A stretch of DNA of 64,000 nucleotides from an uncultured bacterium (GTDB lineage: Bacteria; Eisenbacteria; RBG-16-71-46; JABDJR01; JAWXBZ01): positions 156,296 to 220,295 of the forward strand of contig CAZQVN010000002.1 in the NCBI GenBank assembly GCA_964596775.1, in the 5' to 3' direction. Shown piece after piece: positions 10,043 through 19,154 of the stretch. The first letter of the stretch is position 1, and every line of letters starts with the position of its first letter. The translations under genes and the position numbers were made by a program. The notes beneath the pieces are model-generated. The model was not told where the DNA came from, did not search any database, and saw nothing but the letters and a program-made list of their open reading frames with translations.

Positions 10043-10206
10043 TCCTCAAACCGTCCAGGGGAACAGCCCCTCCCGATGCACGGGAGGGGGCAAGCCCCTC
10101 GAAGCCTGGAGCGCAGTCCCCGGACTCTGCGCTATAATCAAGTGGCAACTGGTTTGATCTGAACACCCGCCGGCCGCGCTGGCCGGCCTATCCCGGAGAT
10201 CGAGGA

Positions 10207-10647
10207 ATGCCCGAGAATACCCCCAGGGGTCCGAAGCTGTTCACGGTGGTTGAAGCGAATGCCGTGATTCCCCTGCTGGAAAAGGCCCTGTCGGAACTGG
10301 CGGCGTTTCGAGGAGAACTGCGCTCGATAAGGAAGGATATCGAGGTCCTCAATCTCATCGCGGCCTCGGCGGGAGGTTCGAGCAACCCGGACTCGGCCGA
10401 GCTCCGCAGCAAGCGCAAGCGCTATCGATTCATCGCCTCGGAAATCGAAAAGCTGAACGCCGTTCTGGATGACCTGGGCTGCGTCGTCAAGCATCCGGAT
10501 GAGGGCCTTGTCGATTTTTTCCACATTCGCCAGGGGCGGCTCGTGTTTCTCTGCTGGAAGGTTGGGGAGACGGACGTTCGGTACTGGCACCCCCTGTCCG
10601 GTGGTTTCGCCGGCCGTCAGCCCGTCAACCCGACCGGGAAGTCCTGA
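10207..10647 (+). CDS. DUF2203 family protein
   Basis: 146-aa ORF. N-terminus KLFTVVEANAVIPLLEKALSEL and ...HPDEGLVDFFHIRQGRLVFLCWKVGETDVRYWH match the DUF2203 pattern. Confidence 0.6.
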   Translation: MPENTPRGPKLFTVVEANAVIPLLEKALSELAAFRGELRSIRKDIEVLNLIAASAGGSSNPDSAELRSKRKRYRFIASEIEKLNAVLDDLGCVVKHPDEGLVDFFHIRQGRLVFLCWKVGETDVRYWHPLSGGFAGRQPVNPTGKS

Positions 10648-10859
10648 ACCCCTCGAAACGCTGAAATCGGTCAGTCCCGCCTGGATGCTCTCGGCAATGG
10701 CCTCACGCGTGGCGGCGCGTTTTTCGGTCATGGTCCCGGGCGGTCGATGCGTTGAATCGGGTTTCTCCCGGAGTGATTTCTTGACAGAGTGGTTTCCGGT
10801 CCACTAGCGTCTCATCATCTCCCGCCCATCCACCTTCCCGTCCGCAAGGAAGGTACGTC

Positions 10860-11603
10860 GTGCGCAGACAATCACCCCCCGCCGTTTCAGTCCGCGAGAG
10901 TGCCGGTGTTCCGTTACGGTCGCTCGTCGGGTTTCAGGATGTTCCCCCTCCGCAGCAGACCAGCGCGTGGAAACCGTGCAGTCGTCCCCCGGGCGGGGAC
11001 GTCGCGCTTTCGGATGGAGAGCTTCTGGCCATGCTGTTTTCCCCGGGCCGCAGGAACGCTCGAGGCATAGCCTGCGCGGAAGCATTGCTCGGATCGTGGG
11101 GGCTGTCCAGGCTGGCCGCCTTGTCGCCACGCGAACTGAGGCGCGAAACGGGCATCGGTCCGTCAAGGGCGGCGAGGCTGACGGCCTGCTTCGAAATCGG
11201 ACGTCGGCTCTTTCGTGATGACGAACAGGCCCCGCCCATTCGCGGACCGGAGGATGTCTTCAAGGCTGCCCGCGACATACTTTCGGCAAGGAAGGAGCAC
11301 TTTCTGACCTTCCACCTGAATGCAAGAAACCAGGTAATTGCCCGGGACACCGTGTCGATCGGAAGTCTGAATGCCTCCATTGTCCATCCCCGCGAAGTGT
11401 ATGAACCCGCCGTGCGCAATTCGGCCGCGGCGCTCATTCTCGTTCACAATCACCCTTCGGGAGACACCGATCCGTCGGATGACGATCTGGCTCTGACACG
11501 CCGACTCGTACAGGTCGGTGAACTTCTCGGAATCAGCGTGCTGGATCACATCATCGTGGGCAGGCGCGGTTTCACGAGCCTCAAGCAGCAGGGGTTGTTC
11601 TAG
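10860..11603 (+). CDS. radC: RadC/JAB-domain protein (UPF0758)
   Basis: ALSDGELLAMLFSPGRRNARG... (RadC N-terminal HhH-like) and JAMM motif region HPREVYEPAV...LILVHNHPSGDTDPSDDDLALTRRLVQVGELLGISVLDHIIVG. Start codon uncertain (GTG 10860 taken from the ORF track). Confidence 0.75.
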   Translation: MRRQSPPAVSVRESAGVPLRSLVGFQDVPPPQQTSAWKPCSRPPGGDVALSDGELLAMLFSPGRRNARGIACAEALLGSWGLSRLAALSPRELRRETGIGPSRAARLTACFEIGRRLFRDDEQAPPIRGPEDVFKAARDILSARKEHFLTFHLNARNQVIARDTVSIGSLNASIVHPREVYEPAVRNSAAALILVHNHPSGDTDPSDDDLALTRRLVQVGELLGISVLDHIIVGRRGFTSLKQQGLF

Positions 11604-11736
11604 GCGGCCTGCCCGGACGGCGGGGAGCCTGACCGGCGGAGGGGCCAGTGCGACCGGCATGATTAATTGACCGGCATGACACGGGGTGATACCGTCGTTC
11701 GCGCCCCTGCCGCCCCGGTGGGCCGCCCACTTCAAA

Positions 11737-12768
11737 ATGGAAGGAAACAGCACTGTCTTGAGCCGGACCCCACTCCCGATCACTCCGGAAAGAGCGGAAT
11801 CGCTCGTGAGCCGTTTTCGCGGGAAACGTGTGCTCGTCCTCGGCGACGTCATGCTGGACCGCTACCTCTGGGGCAACGTGAGCCGCATTTCTCCGGAGGC
11901 GCCCGTGCCCGTCGTCGAGGTCCAGTCGGAAACCGTCCGGCTCGGGGGGGCCGCGAACGTGGCCCACAATGTCTCGGCGCTGGGGGCCGTTCCCGTGCTC
12001 CTGGGCGTCACCGGGAACGATCATCCGGCGGAGCTTCTTCGCGAGGAACTGGACAGGCGCGGCCTGGGCACGGAGGGGCTGGTCACGGACGCGAGCCGGC
12101 CGACATCGATCAAGACGCGGATCGTGGCACGCCATCAGCAGGTGGTCCGGGCCGACCAGGAGAGCCGGGATGAAATCGATCCCGCCCTCTCCGGCGAGCT
12201 TCTGGGGCACGCCCGTGCCGCTCTCGAAGGGCTGGGAGCCGTCATCATCTCCGACTACGGAAAGGGCGTCATCACGAAGGCGCTCCTCGAGACACTGCTG
12301 CCGGAGTGCCGGGCCGCCGGGGTGCCTGTCTGCGTCGATCCGAAGGAAACTCACTTCTTTTCCTACAAGGGGGTGAGCGTGGTCACCCCCAACGTGCTGG
12401 AAGCCGGAACGGCCTGGGGAAAGGCGATCCGCACCCTCGAGGACCTGGACCGGGCCGGGCGGGAACTCCGCGAAGGTCTCGACAGCGAAGCCTTCATGAT
12501 CACCCGGGGAGAACACGGCATATCCCTGTTCGAGAAAAACCGTCCCCGGCTGGACCTCCCGACCGTGGCTCGCGAGGTCTACGACGTCACCGGTGCCGGC
12601 GACACCGTCGTCAGCGTGTATGCCGTGGCCCTGGCGGCGGGATCGAGTCCGATCGAGGCGGCGTGCCTTGCGAATCACGGCGCGGGCATCGTGGTTCGCG
12701 AGGTCGGAACCGCCGTCGCGGGGTCCGCGGAGATCCTGCGGTCCCTCATGGAGACAGCCGAATCATGA
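11737..12768 (+). CDS. hldA: D-glycero-beta-D-manno-heptose-7-phosphate kinase (RfaE domain I / HldA-type)
   Basis: GKRVLVLGDVMLDRYLWGNVSRISPEAPVPVV (RfaE-I N-terminus). pfkB motif DVTGAGDTV. Start uncertain (ATG 11737 or TTG 11758). Stop overlaps the start of the next gene (ATGA). Confidence 0.75.
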   Translation: MEGNSTVLSRTPLPITPERAESLVSRFRGKRVLVLGDVMLDRYLWGNVSRISPEAPVPVVEVQSETVRLGGAANVAHNVSALGAVPVLLGVTGNDHPAELLREELDRRGLGTEGLVTDASRPTSIKTRIVARHQQVVRADQESRDEIDPALSGELLGHARAALEGLGAVIISDYGKGVITKALLETLLPECRAAGVPVCVDPKETHFFSYKGVSVVTPNVLEAGTAWGKAIRTLEDLDRAGRELREGLDSEAFMITRGEHGISLFEKNRPRLDLPTVAREVYDVTGAGDTVVSVYAVALAAGSSPIEAACLANHGAGIVVREVGTAVAGSAEILRSLMETAES

Positions 12769-13250
12769 CGTCGCTCACGCCCGTCGAGGAACTGGTCCGC
12801 GTGGTCGGCGATGCCAGGCGCGGGGGCAGCAAGGTCACCTTCACGAACGGCTGCTTCGACATCCTGCACCGGGGTCATGTCGAGTATCTCGCCGAAGCCG
12901 CGACCCTGGGGGATATTCTCATTGTTGGCCTGAACGACGACGCCTCCGTGTCGAGACTCAAGGGAGCCGGGCGCCCGGTCAATCCTCTCGAGGACCGGGC
13001 CGTGGTTCTGAAAGCGGTGCGGCATGTCGACTATGTCGTTGCGTTCAAAGAAGATACGCCCATCGACCTCATCAGGGTCCTGAACCCCGATGTTCTGGTC
13101 AAGGGCGGCGACTACCGGATCGAGGAAATCGTTGGAAGAGAGCACGTCGAATCCAGTGGTGGCCAAGTCATTGTTTTGAAAGAAGTTAAGGGAAAGTCGA
13201 CCACCGGCATCCTGCGGGCGCTCGGTTCGGGGCGGCCGGATCCATCTTGA
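12765..13250 (+). CDS. hldC: D-glycero-beta-D-manno-heptose-1-phosphate adenylyltransferase (RfaE domain II / HldC-type)
   Basis: MTSLTPVEE...KVTFTNGCFDILHRGHVEYL (cytidylyltransferase-like HxGH motif) ...VNPLEDRAVVLKAVRHVDYVV. Separate gene whose ATG 12765 overlaps the kinase stop. Confidence 0.75.
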   Translation: MTSLTPVEELVRVVGDARRGGSKVTFTNGCFDILHRGHVEYLAEAATLGDILIVGLNDDASVSRLKGAGRPVNPLEDRAVVLKAVRHVDYVVAFKEDTPIDLIRVLNPDVLVKGGDYRIEEIVGREHVESSGGQVIVLKEVKGKSTTGILRALGSGRPDPS

Positions 13251-13275
13251 CAGAATCCCTTACAGGGTATACATT
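13247..13275 (+). promoter_or_regulatory. Sigma70-like promoter candidate TTGACA-N17-TACATT upstream of the COG2403 gene
   Basis: TTGACA at 13247..13252 (contains the hldC stop), 17-nt spacer, TACATT at 13270..13275. Followed by the TAATTTTGGGG motif and a T8 run. Sequence-only prediction. Confidence 0.3.
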
Positions 13276-13402
13276 TCCGCCCTAATTTTGGGGCAGAACA
13301 ACCGCTCGCCTTGAGCGTCTTTTTTTTGCCCTCAGCCCATCGATTCACTGGAGTCGCGGAGTTCCGACCGATTCCGGCCATCGACGCCCGAAGGATTCGC
13401 CC

Positions 13403-14734
13403 ATGCCTGAACAGCGTAAAGTCGTGATTCTCGGGGCCGGAGGCCGCGATTTTCACAACTACAACGTCGCATTCCGACATCGCTCCGACGTTCGAGTCGT
13501 CGCCTTCACGGCCGCACAGATTCCCGGAATCGACGATCGTACCTATCCGGCCGCACTTGCCGGCGAGTACTACCCGAAGGGGATTCCCATCCGCCCCGAG
13601 AAGGATCTCGATCGCATCGTCGCCGAGGAAGGCCCGCTGGAGGCGGTGTTCGCCTACAGCGACGTTTCCCATGAGTTCGTCATGCACATGGCTTCCCGGG
13701 TCATGGCACTGGGATGCGATTTCTCCTTGATGGGCCCGGAGTCCACGTACGTCCGGTCGCGTGTCCCCGTGATCGCCGTCTGCGCCGTGCGCACCGGGGC
13801 CGGAAAGAGCCAGACAACCCGGCGCGTCGCGGAGATCCTCGGCAAGCGGGGTCTGTCGACCGTGGCCATCCGGCACCCGATGCCCTACGGTGATCTTGCC
13901 CGGCAGAGCGTACAGCGCTTCGCCCGTGTCGAGGATCTGGCCGCCGCCGACTGCACGATCGAAGAGCGGGAGGAATACGAGCCGCACATAGAGAGGGGCA
14001 CCACCGTCTTCGCCGGCGTCGATTACGCGGCCATTCTCGCGGAGGCGGAAAAGGAAGCCCAGGTCATCCTCTGGGACGGCGGCAACAACGACTTTCCCTT
14101 CGTGAAGCCGGATCTCATGATCGTCGTGGCCGATCCGCATCGCCCCGGGCACGAATACCGGTACCACCCCGGCGAAACGAATTTCCGCATGGCCGACGTC
14201 ATCGTCATCAACAAGGAAACCACCGCGGACTACGCGGGAATCCTCGAAGTCATGGAGTCGGCCCGGCGTCTGAATCCCGGGGCCGTGATCGTGCACGCCG
14301 GGTCTCCGATCGCAGTGGAAGATCCGGAAGTCATCAGGGGAAAGCGCGTCCTCGTCATCGAAGACGGGCCGACCCTCACGCACGGCGGGATGAAGTACGG
14401 CGCGGGAGTCGTTGCGGCCCGCCAGTTCGGGGCCGCGGAAATCGTGGATCCGAGGCCGTGGGTATCCGGTGAGATCGCCGAAACATTCATGACCTATCCT
14501 GAAATCGGAACGCTGCTGCCGGCCATGGGATACAGCGCCGCACAGATCAAGGACATGGAAAAGACGATCGCGGCCACGGATTGCGATGCGGTCGTCATCG
14601 CCACCCCGATCGACCTCGGCCGACTCATGAAGATCGACAAGCCCCACGTGCGGGTGCGGTATGACCTTGCGGAAGTCGGTCGTCCGGATCTGAACGATAT
14701 CCTGCAGGATTTCTGCCGGCGCAAGGGTGTGTAG
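13403..14734 (+). CDS. COG2403-type P-loop protein (cyclic 2,3-diphosphoglycerate synthetase-like family)
   Basis: 443-aa ORF. N-terminus KVVILGAGGRDFHNYNVAF resembles cPGS/COG2403. P-loop VRTGAGKSQTTRRVAEILGKRG. Family assignment from memory of the pattern, not a search. Confidence 0.5.
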   Translation: MPEQRKVVILGAGGRDFHNYNVAFRHRSDVRVVAFTAAQIPGIDDRTYPAALAGEYYPKGIPIRPEKDLDRIVAEEGPLEAVFAYSDVSHEFVMHMASRVMALGCDFSLMGPESTYVRSRVPVIAVCAVRTGAGKSQTTRRVAEILGKRGLSTVAIRHPMPYGDLARQSVQRFARVEDLAAADCTIEEREEYEPHIERGTTVFAGVDYAAILAEAEKEAQVILWDGGNNDFPFVKPDLMIVVADPHRPGHEYRYHPGETNFRMADVIVINKETTADYAGILEVMESARRLNPGAVIVHAGSPIAVEDPEVIRGKRVLVIEDGPTLTHGGMKYGAGVVAARQFGAAEIVDPRPWVSGEIAETFMTYPEIGTLLPAMGYSAAQIKDMEKTIAATDCDAVVIATPIDLGRLMKIDKPHVRVRYDLAEVGRPDLNDILQDFCRRKGV

Positions 14735-14784
14735 ACCCCGCCCCGGCATGGATCGCCAAGAAGTCACCCGGAAAGGACGCGACA

Positions 14785-15927
14785 GTGAATCTTCATGAGT
14801 TTCAGGCGAAGGAAGTCTTCGCGCGCTTCGGAATACCGGTCCCCGAGGGACAGGTCGTCACGAAGCCGGAGGAGGCAGAGGCGGCCGCGCGCCGTTTCGG
14901 AGGCGCCGTGGTCGTCAAGGCACAGGTGCATACCGGAGGGCGCGGGAAGGCCGGCGGCGTCAAGCTGGCCGGCGATCCCGGAGAAGCAAGAGCCAGGGCC
15001 GAGGCCATACTCGGAATGACCATCAAGGACTACACGGTGCACAAGGTCCTCGTCACTCCGGCCACGGATATTGCCCGCGAGGTCTACCTTGGGGTCGTCA
15101 TGGACAGGGCGGCGGGAAGACCCGTCATCATGGCCAGCGCCGCGGGTGGAGTCGATATCGAAGAGGTGGCAAGGACCAATCCCGAGGCCATCGTCAAGCA
15201 CCACCTCGATCGACCCGGCTCTTTCCGTTCCTGGGAGGCCCGCTCCGTGGCCTTCAAGGTCGAGAAGGATCCCAGGGTCGCCCTGCAGATCGCCGCGATC
15301 CTGGAAAAACTCGTGAAGACCTACTGGGTTTCCGACTGCTCGCTGGCGGAAATCAATCCGCTCGTCGTACGACCGGACGGCAAGGTCCTGGCGATCGACG
15401 CCAAGATGGTGCTGGACGACAATGCGCTGTTCCGCCACCCGGATCTCGAGGCATATCGCGACGAGGAAAGCGATCACGACAGGGTAGCCCGCGAGATGGG
15501 GTTGTCGTTCGTCAAGCTCGACGGTTCGATCGGATGCATCGTGAACGGCGCCGGTCTGGCCATGGCCACGATGGACATCATCAAGCACTACGGTTCGGAG
15601 CCGGCGAACTTCCTGGACATTGGCGGTTCCTCGAACCCCGACAAGGTCACCGCGGCCATGCATATCATCACTTCCGATCCCAATGTCCGGGCCATCCTGT
15701 TCAACATCTTCGGCGGGATCACCCGCTGCGACGACGTGGCCAACGGAATCGTCGAGGCGCTGACCAAGAATCCGATCCGCGTTCCCCTCGTGGTTCGCCT
15801 GACCGGTACCAACGAAGAGGCGGGGCGCGAGATTCTCAAGAAGGCCTCCGGCGTGCTGCCCGCGGCAACCATGGACGAAGCCGCCAAGCTGGTCATTGCC
15901 GAGGCGGGGAAGGGGGCCCGTTCGTGA
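14785..15927 (+). CDS. sucC: Succinyl-CoA synthetase beta subunit
   Basis: GTG start 14785 preceded by [30 protein letters not shown]...ATP-grasp...[17 protein letters not shown]. Confidence 0.9.
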   Translation: MNLHEFQAKEVFARFGIPVPEGQVVTKPEEAEAAARRFGGAVVVKAQVHTGGRGKAGGVKLAGDPGEARARAEAILGMTIKDYTVHKVLVTPATDIAREVYLGVVMDRAAGRPVIMASAAGGVDIEEVARTNPEAIVKHHLDRPGSFRSWEARSVAFKVEKDPRVALQIAAILEKLVKTYWVSDCSLAEINPLVVRPDGKVLAIDAKMVLDDNALFRHPDLEAYRDEESDHDRVAREMGLSFVKLDGSIGCIVNGAGLAMATMDIIKHYGSEPANFLDIGGSSNPDKVTAAMHIITSDPNVRAILFNIFGGITRCDDVANGIVEALTKNPIRVPLVVRLTGTNEEAGREILKKASGVLPAATMDEAAKLVIAEAGKGARS

Positions 15928-16796
15928 GCATTTTCATCAACGAGAAGACGCGCGTGATCGTGCAGGGCATAACCGGGCGTGACGGCGCGTTTCACACGCG
16001 CGGGATGATCGACTACGGAACAAAGGTCCTGGCCGGAGTCACTCCGGGCAAGGGTGGAGACAAGGTTCACGACGTGCCGGTTTACGACACGGTTCTCAAG
16101 GCGGTCCAGGATACCGGTGCCGACACGTCGGTCATCTATGTGCCGGCTGCCTTCGCGGTGGATGCCGTCTACGAGGCCGCCGATGCCGGGATCAAGCTCA
16201 TCGTCTGCATCACCGAAGGGCTGCCTGCCCTGGACATGGTGGAAGCGGCGCCCTATGTGAAGGCGCGCGGAGCGCGTCTGATCGGCCCGAATTGTCCCGG
16301 GCTCATTTCGCCGGGGAAATCCAAGGTCGGAATTCTTCCGGGGCGCATCTGCACGGAAGGGCCCGTCGGCGTCGTGTCCCGGAGCGGCACCCTGACCTAT
16401 GAGGCCGTGGACGCTCTCACGCGGGCCGGTCTCGGCCAGACCACCTGCATCGGAATCGGCGGTGATCCGATCATCGGGACGAATTTCATCGACGCGCTGG
16501 CCGCCTTCGAAGCGGACCCGGAAACGAAGGGAATCGTGATGATCGGCGAGATCGGCGGAACCGACGAGGAAGCGGCCGCCCGGTACATTTCCGCAAACAT
16601 GAAGAAACCCGTGGTCGGTTTCATCGCCGGCCAGACGGCGCCTCCCGGCAAGCGCATGGGGCATGCCGGAGCCATCATCTCCGGCGGTTCCGGCACGGCC
16701 GCGGAAAAGATCAAGGCCCTCGGCGATGCCGGTGTGCCCGTGGCAAAGATTCCATCGGAAATCCCGGCCCTCATGAAGAAGGCTCTGGGACGCTAA
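15924..16796 (+). CDS. sucD: Succinyl-CoA synthetase alpha subunit
   Basis: GTG 15924 overlaps the sucC stop (GTGA). [45 protein letters not shown]... (CoA-binding); ...[17 protein letters not shown]. Confidence 0.9.
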   Translation: MSIFINEKTRVIVQGITGRDGAFHTRGMIDYGTKVLAGVTPGKGGDKVHDVPVYDTVLKAVQDTGADTSVIYVPAAFAVDAVYEAADAGIKLIVCITEGLPALDMVEAAPYVKARGARLIGPNCPGLISPGKSKVGILPGRICTEGPVGVVSRSGTLTYEAVDALTRAGLGQTTCIGIGGDPIIGTNFIDALAAFEADPETKGIVMIGEIGGTDEEAAARYISANMKKPVVGFIAGQTAPPGKRMGHAGAIISGGSGTAAEKIKALGDAGVPVAKIPSEIPALMKKALGR

Positions 16797-16843
16797 TCGA
16801 CGCGGTTCGCCGCACAGGAACGGGAAAGAGGTTCAAGCAGGAC

Positions 16844-17251
16844 ATGGAAAAGACACTGATGATCCTGAAGCCGGACGCCGTCGAGCGAAAGCTCGTCGGC
16901 AAGATACTGGCCAAGGTCGAGGGCGCCGGTTTCGGCATTGTTCGCATGGAAATGGTTCGCCTGACTCCGGAAAGAGCACGGGCGTTCTACCACGTTCACG
17001 AGGGGAAACCATTCCTCGATGATCTTGTCGGCTACATGTCCTCAGGACCGGTCGTCGTCTGCGTGCTGCAGGCGGAGTCGGCCATTTCCAGGCTTCGTGA
17101 ACTGATGGGTGCCACGAATCCGAAGAACGCGGCCCCGGGAACAATTCGTGCGGAGTTCGCCGTCGATATCCAGACGAATTCCGTGCATGGATCCGATTCG
17201 CCCGAGTCCGTGGCCATCGAGATCCCCTTCTTTTTCCCGAACGCTTCCTGA
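16844..17251 (+). CDS. ndk: Nucleoside diphosphate kinase
   Basis: MEKTLMILKPDAVERKLVGKILAKVEGAGFGIV...NSVHGSDSPESVAIEIPFFF (active-site His region). Confidence 0.9.
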   Translation: MEKTLMILKPDAVERKLVGKILAKVEGAGFGIVRMEMVRLTPERARAFYHVHEGKPFLDDLVGYMSSGPVVVCVLQAESAISRLRELMGATNPKNAAPGTIRAEFAVDIQTNSVHGSDSPESVAIEIPFFFPNAS

Positions 17252-17275
17252 GGGACGGACGGGAGGCGGGTTGTC

Positions 17276-17821
17276 ATGCGCAAGGATCACGATCAGGAGC
17301 GGTTGATCGTTTCGCTGGTCGGTCTCGAGGTCGGACGGAACCCGGTGAGTCTTTCCGCCGACCTGTCCCGGCTGGAAATGGAAGACTGGTTCACGCCCAC
17401 GACGCCGCTGGAGATCCATGGATACCTGGACTACTTCGGCGACATGGTCACGATCCGTGCCGACGCCCAGGCCACCGTTGAGCGCACCTGCGGACGCTGT
17501 GCCGGCCGGTTTTCGGACAGCCTGGCGGTGGAGGTCTTTGTCCTCAGCGATCGGGCCGGGGCCGACGACGAAAAGTCGTCCCGGGAACTGGAACAGGATG
17601 GCTACCTGGTCTACCATGACGGGACTCAAGTGGATATCACGACGGCGGTTCGGGAGTCGATCATCCTGTCCGAGCCCATGAATCCGCTCTGCAAGGCCGA
17701 GTGCAAGGGGCTCTGCGCCGCGTGTGGGGCGGACCTGAATCTGGAGGCGTGCCGATGCACGGCGGAGAAGACGAACCCCCGCTGGGCGGCACTGGAACAA
17801 CTCAAGAAAAGAAATGACTAG
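17276..17821 (+). CDS. yceD: YceD/DUF177 family protein (23S rRNA accumulation protein)
   Basis: 181 aa with C-terminal CKAECKGLCAACGADLNLEACRC cysteine motif. Immediately upstream of rpmF and plsX, the conserved synteny. Confidence 0.7.
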   Translation: MRKDHDQERLIVSLVGLEVGRNPVSLSADLSRLEMEDWFTPTTPLEIHGYLDYFGDMVTIRADAQATVERTCGRCAGRFSDSLAVEVFVLSDRAGADDEKSSRELEQDGYLVYHDGTQVDITTAVRESIILSEPMNPLCKAECKGLCAACGADLNLEACRCTAEKTNPRWAALEQLKKRND

Positions 17822-17864
17822 TTCGCGAAGACGGAATGAACGATAGCGAAAGACGAGGAGAAAA

Positions 17865-18047
17865 ATGGCGTTACCGAAAAGAAGGCATTCACACACGCGC
17901 GGTGCCAAGCGGCGGACTCACTGGAAGCTCAAGCGTCAGGGTTTGTCCACCTGTTCGCACTGCAGTCAGCCCAAGCTGCCCCACAGGATCTGCCAGAACT
18001 GCGGCTACTACAACGGCGAGGAAGTGATCGCTCCGCGGGAAGCCTGA
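17865..18047 (+). CDS. rpmF: 50S ribosomal protein L32
   Basis: MALPKRRHSHTRGAKRRTHWKLK...CSHCSQPKLPHRICQNCGYYNGEEV. Confidence 0.9.
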   Translation: MALPKRRHSHTRGAKRRTHWKLKRQGLSTCSHCSQPKLPHRICQNCGYYNGEEVIAPREA

Positions 18048-18104
18048 CCGGCAGGTTTTCCGGGTCAAGGATCGTTCAATCCGGGTTGAGCGGGATCGGA
18101 CAGG

Positions 18105-19154
18105 ATGGCAGGAACAGTCGGTCGCATCCGGGTCGGGGTCGATGCCATGGGCGGCGACCAGGGGCCCGGTGTCGTGATTCGCGGGGCGCTCGATGCTCTC
18201 CGCGAAACGGACGAACGGATCTCCGTGCTTCTGGTCGGAGACGATGCCGTGCTTCGGACCGAAATCGCGGGGCTGGATCCCGGCGGGGCGTTCGCTTCGC
18301 GGCTTGAGATTCGTCATGCCGCCGAGTCCGTCGCCATGGGCGAAGAGGGTGCACAGTCTGTTCGTCGCAAGCGCGATTCGTCGCTCGCGGTGGGCATGAA
18401 ACTGATGAAGGAGGGGGAAGCGGACGCTTTCTTCAGCGCCGGGCATACGGGAGCCACGGTTGCCGCGGCGCTGCTGGGGGTCGGGCGCATTCCCGGCGTT
18501 CATCGACCGGCACTGGCGACGCTGGTGCCTGCGGATACCCCGCTGGGTGTCTGCGTGATGCTCGATGTCGGCGCCACGGCGGACTGCAAGCCGGTGCACC
18601 TGAGGCAGTTCGGGGTCATGGGCGACATCTACGCGCGCCACATCATGGGAATCGCCGAACCCCGGGTCGGGTTGCTGAACATCGGCGAGGAGTCTTCGAA
18701 GGGAAACGAACTGGCGCGCGAGTCCCACGAACTGCTGGCCCGTTCCGCCCTGAAGTTTGTCGGGAACGTGGAAGGTCGTGATATTTTCGGCGGAGCCGCG
18801 GACGTCGTTGTCACCGACGGGTTTACCGGAAACGTCGTTCTCAAGTTCGTGGAAAGCGTGTACGGCTGGGTTGGCGGGATTTTCCGGCGTGAGGTCAGGA
18901 CTCGACCCCTGGCCCGGCTCGGTGCGCTGTTTCTCGTTCCAACGCTCAATGGCTTGAAGAGACGGCTGGACTATGAAGAGTACGGAGGGGCACCCCTTCT
19001 TGGGGTCAACGGGGTGTGCATTATCGGCCATGGGCGATCATCGCCCAGGGCCGTCATGAACGGAATCAAGATGGGGGCGCGTTTCGTGGACCACGGGCTG
19101 AACGAAGAGATCAGGACGCTGCTCTGCGGAGAAAGGGAGCAGAATGTCGGCTGA
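18105..19154 (+). CDS. plsX: Phosphate acyltransferase PlsX
   Basis: RIRVGVDAMGGDQGPGVVIRGALDAL... The 3' end overlaps the fabH start. Confidence 0.85.
   Translation: MAGTVGRIRVGVDAMGGDQGPGVVIRGALDALRETDERISVLLVGDDAVLRTEIAGLDPGGAFASRLEIRHAAESVAMGEEGAQSVRRKRDSSLAVGMKLMKEGEADAFFSAGHTGATVAAALLGVGRIPGVHRPALATLVPADTPLGVCVMLDVGATADCKPVHLRQFGVMGDIYARHIMGIAEPRVGLLNIGEESSKGNELARESHELLARSALKFVGNVEGRDIFGGAADVVVTDGFTGNVVLKFVESVYGWVGGIFRREVRTRPLARLGALFLVPTLNGLKRRLDYEEYGGAPLLGVNGVCIIGHGRSSPRAVMNGIKMGARFVDHGLNEEIRTLLCGEREQNVG

Noticed and set aside
12306-12764. N-terminal extensions offered by the ORF track (12306..13250 for hldC; also 15534.. for sucD, 29101.. for aroB, 43808.. for the cyclase, 50607.. 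for truB, 57037.. for DUF3108, 60057.. for PCP)
   Set aside because: The extensions overlap the preceding gene in another frame and lack homology. Conserved N-termini and SD sequences support the internal starts used in the features.
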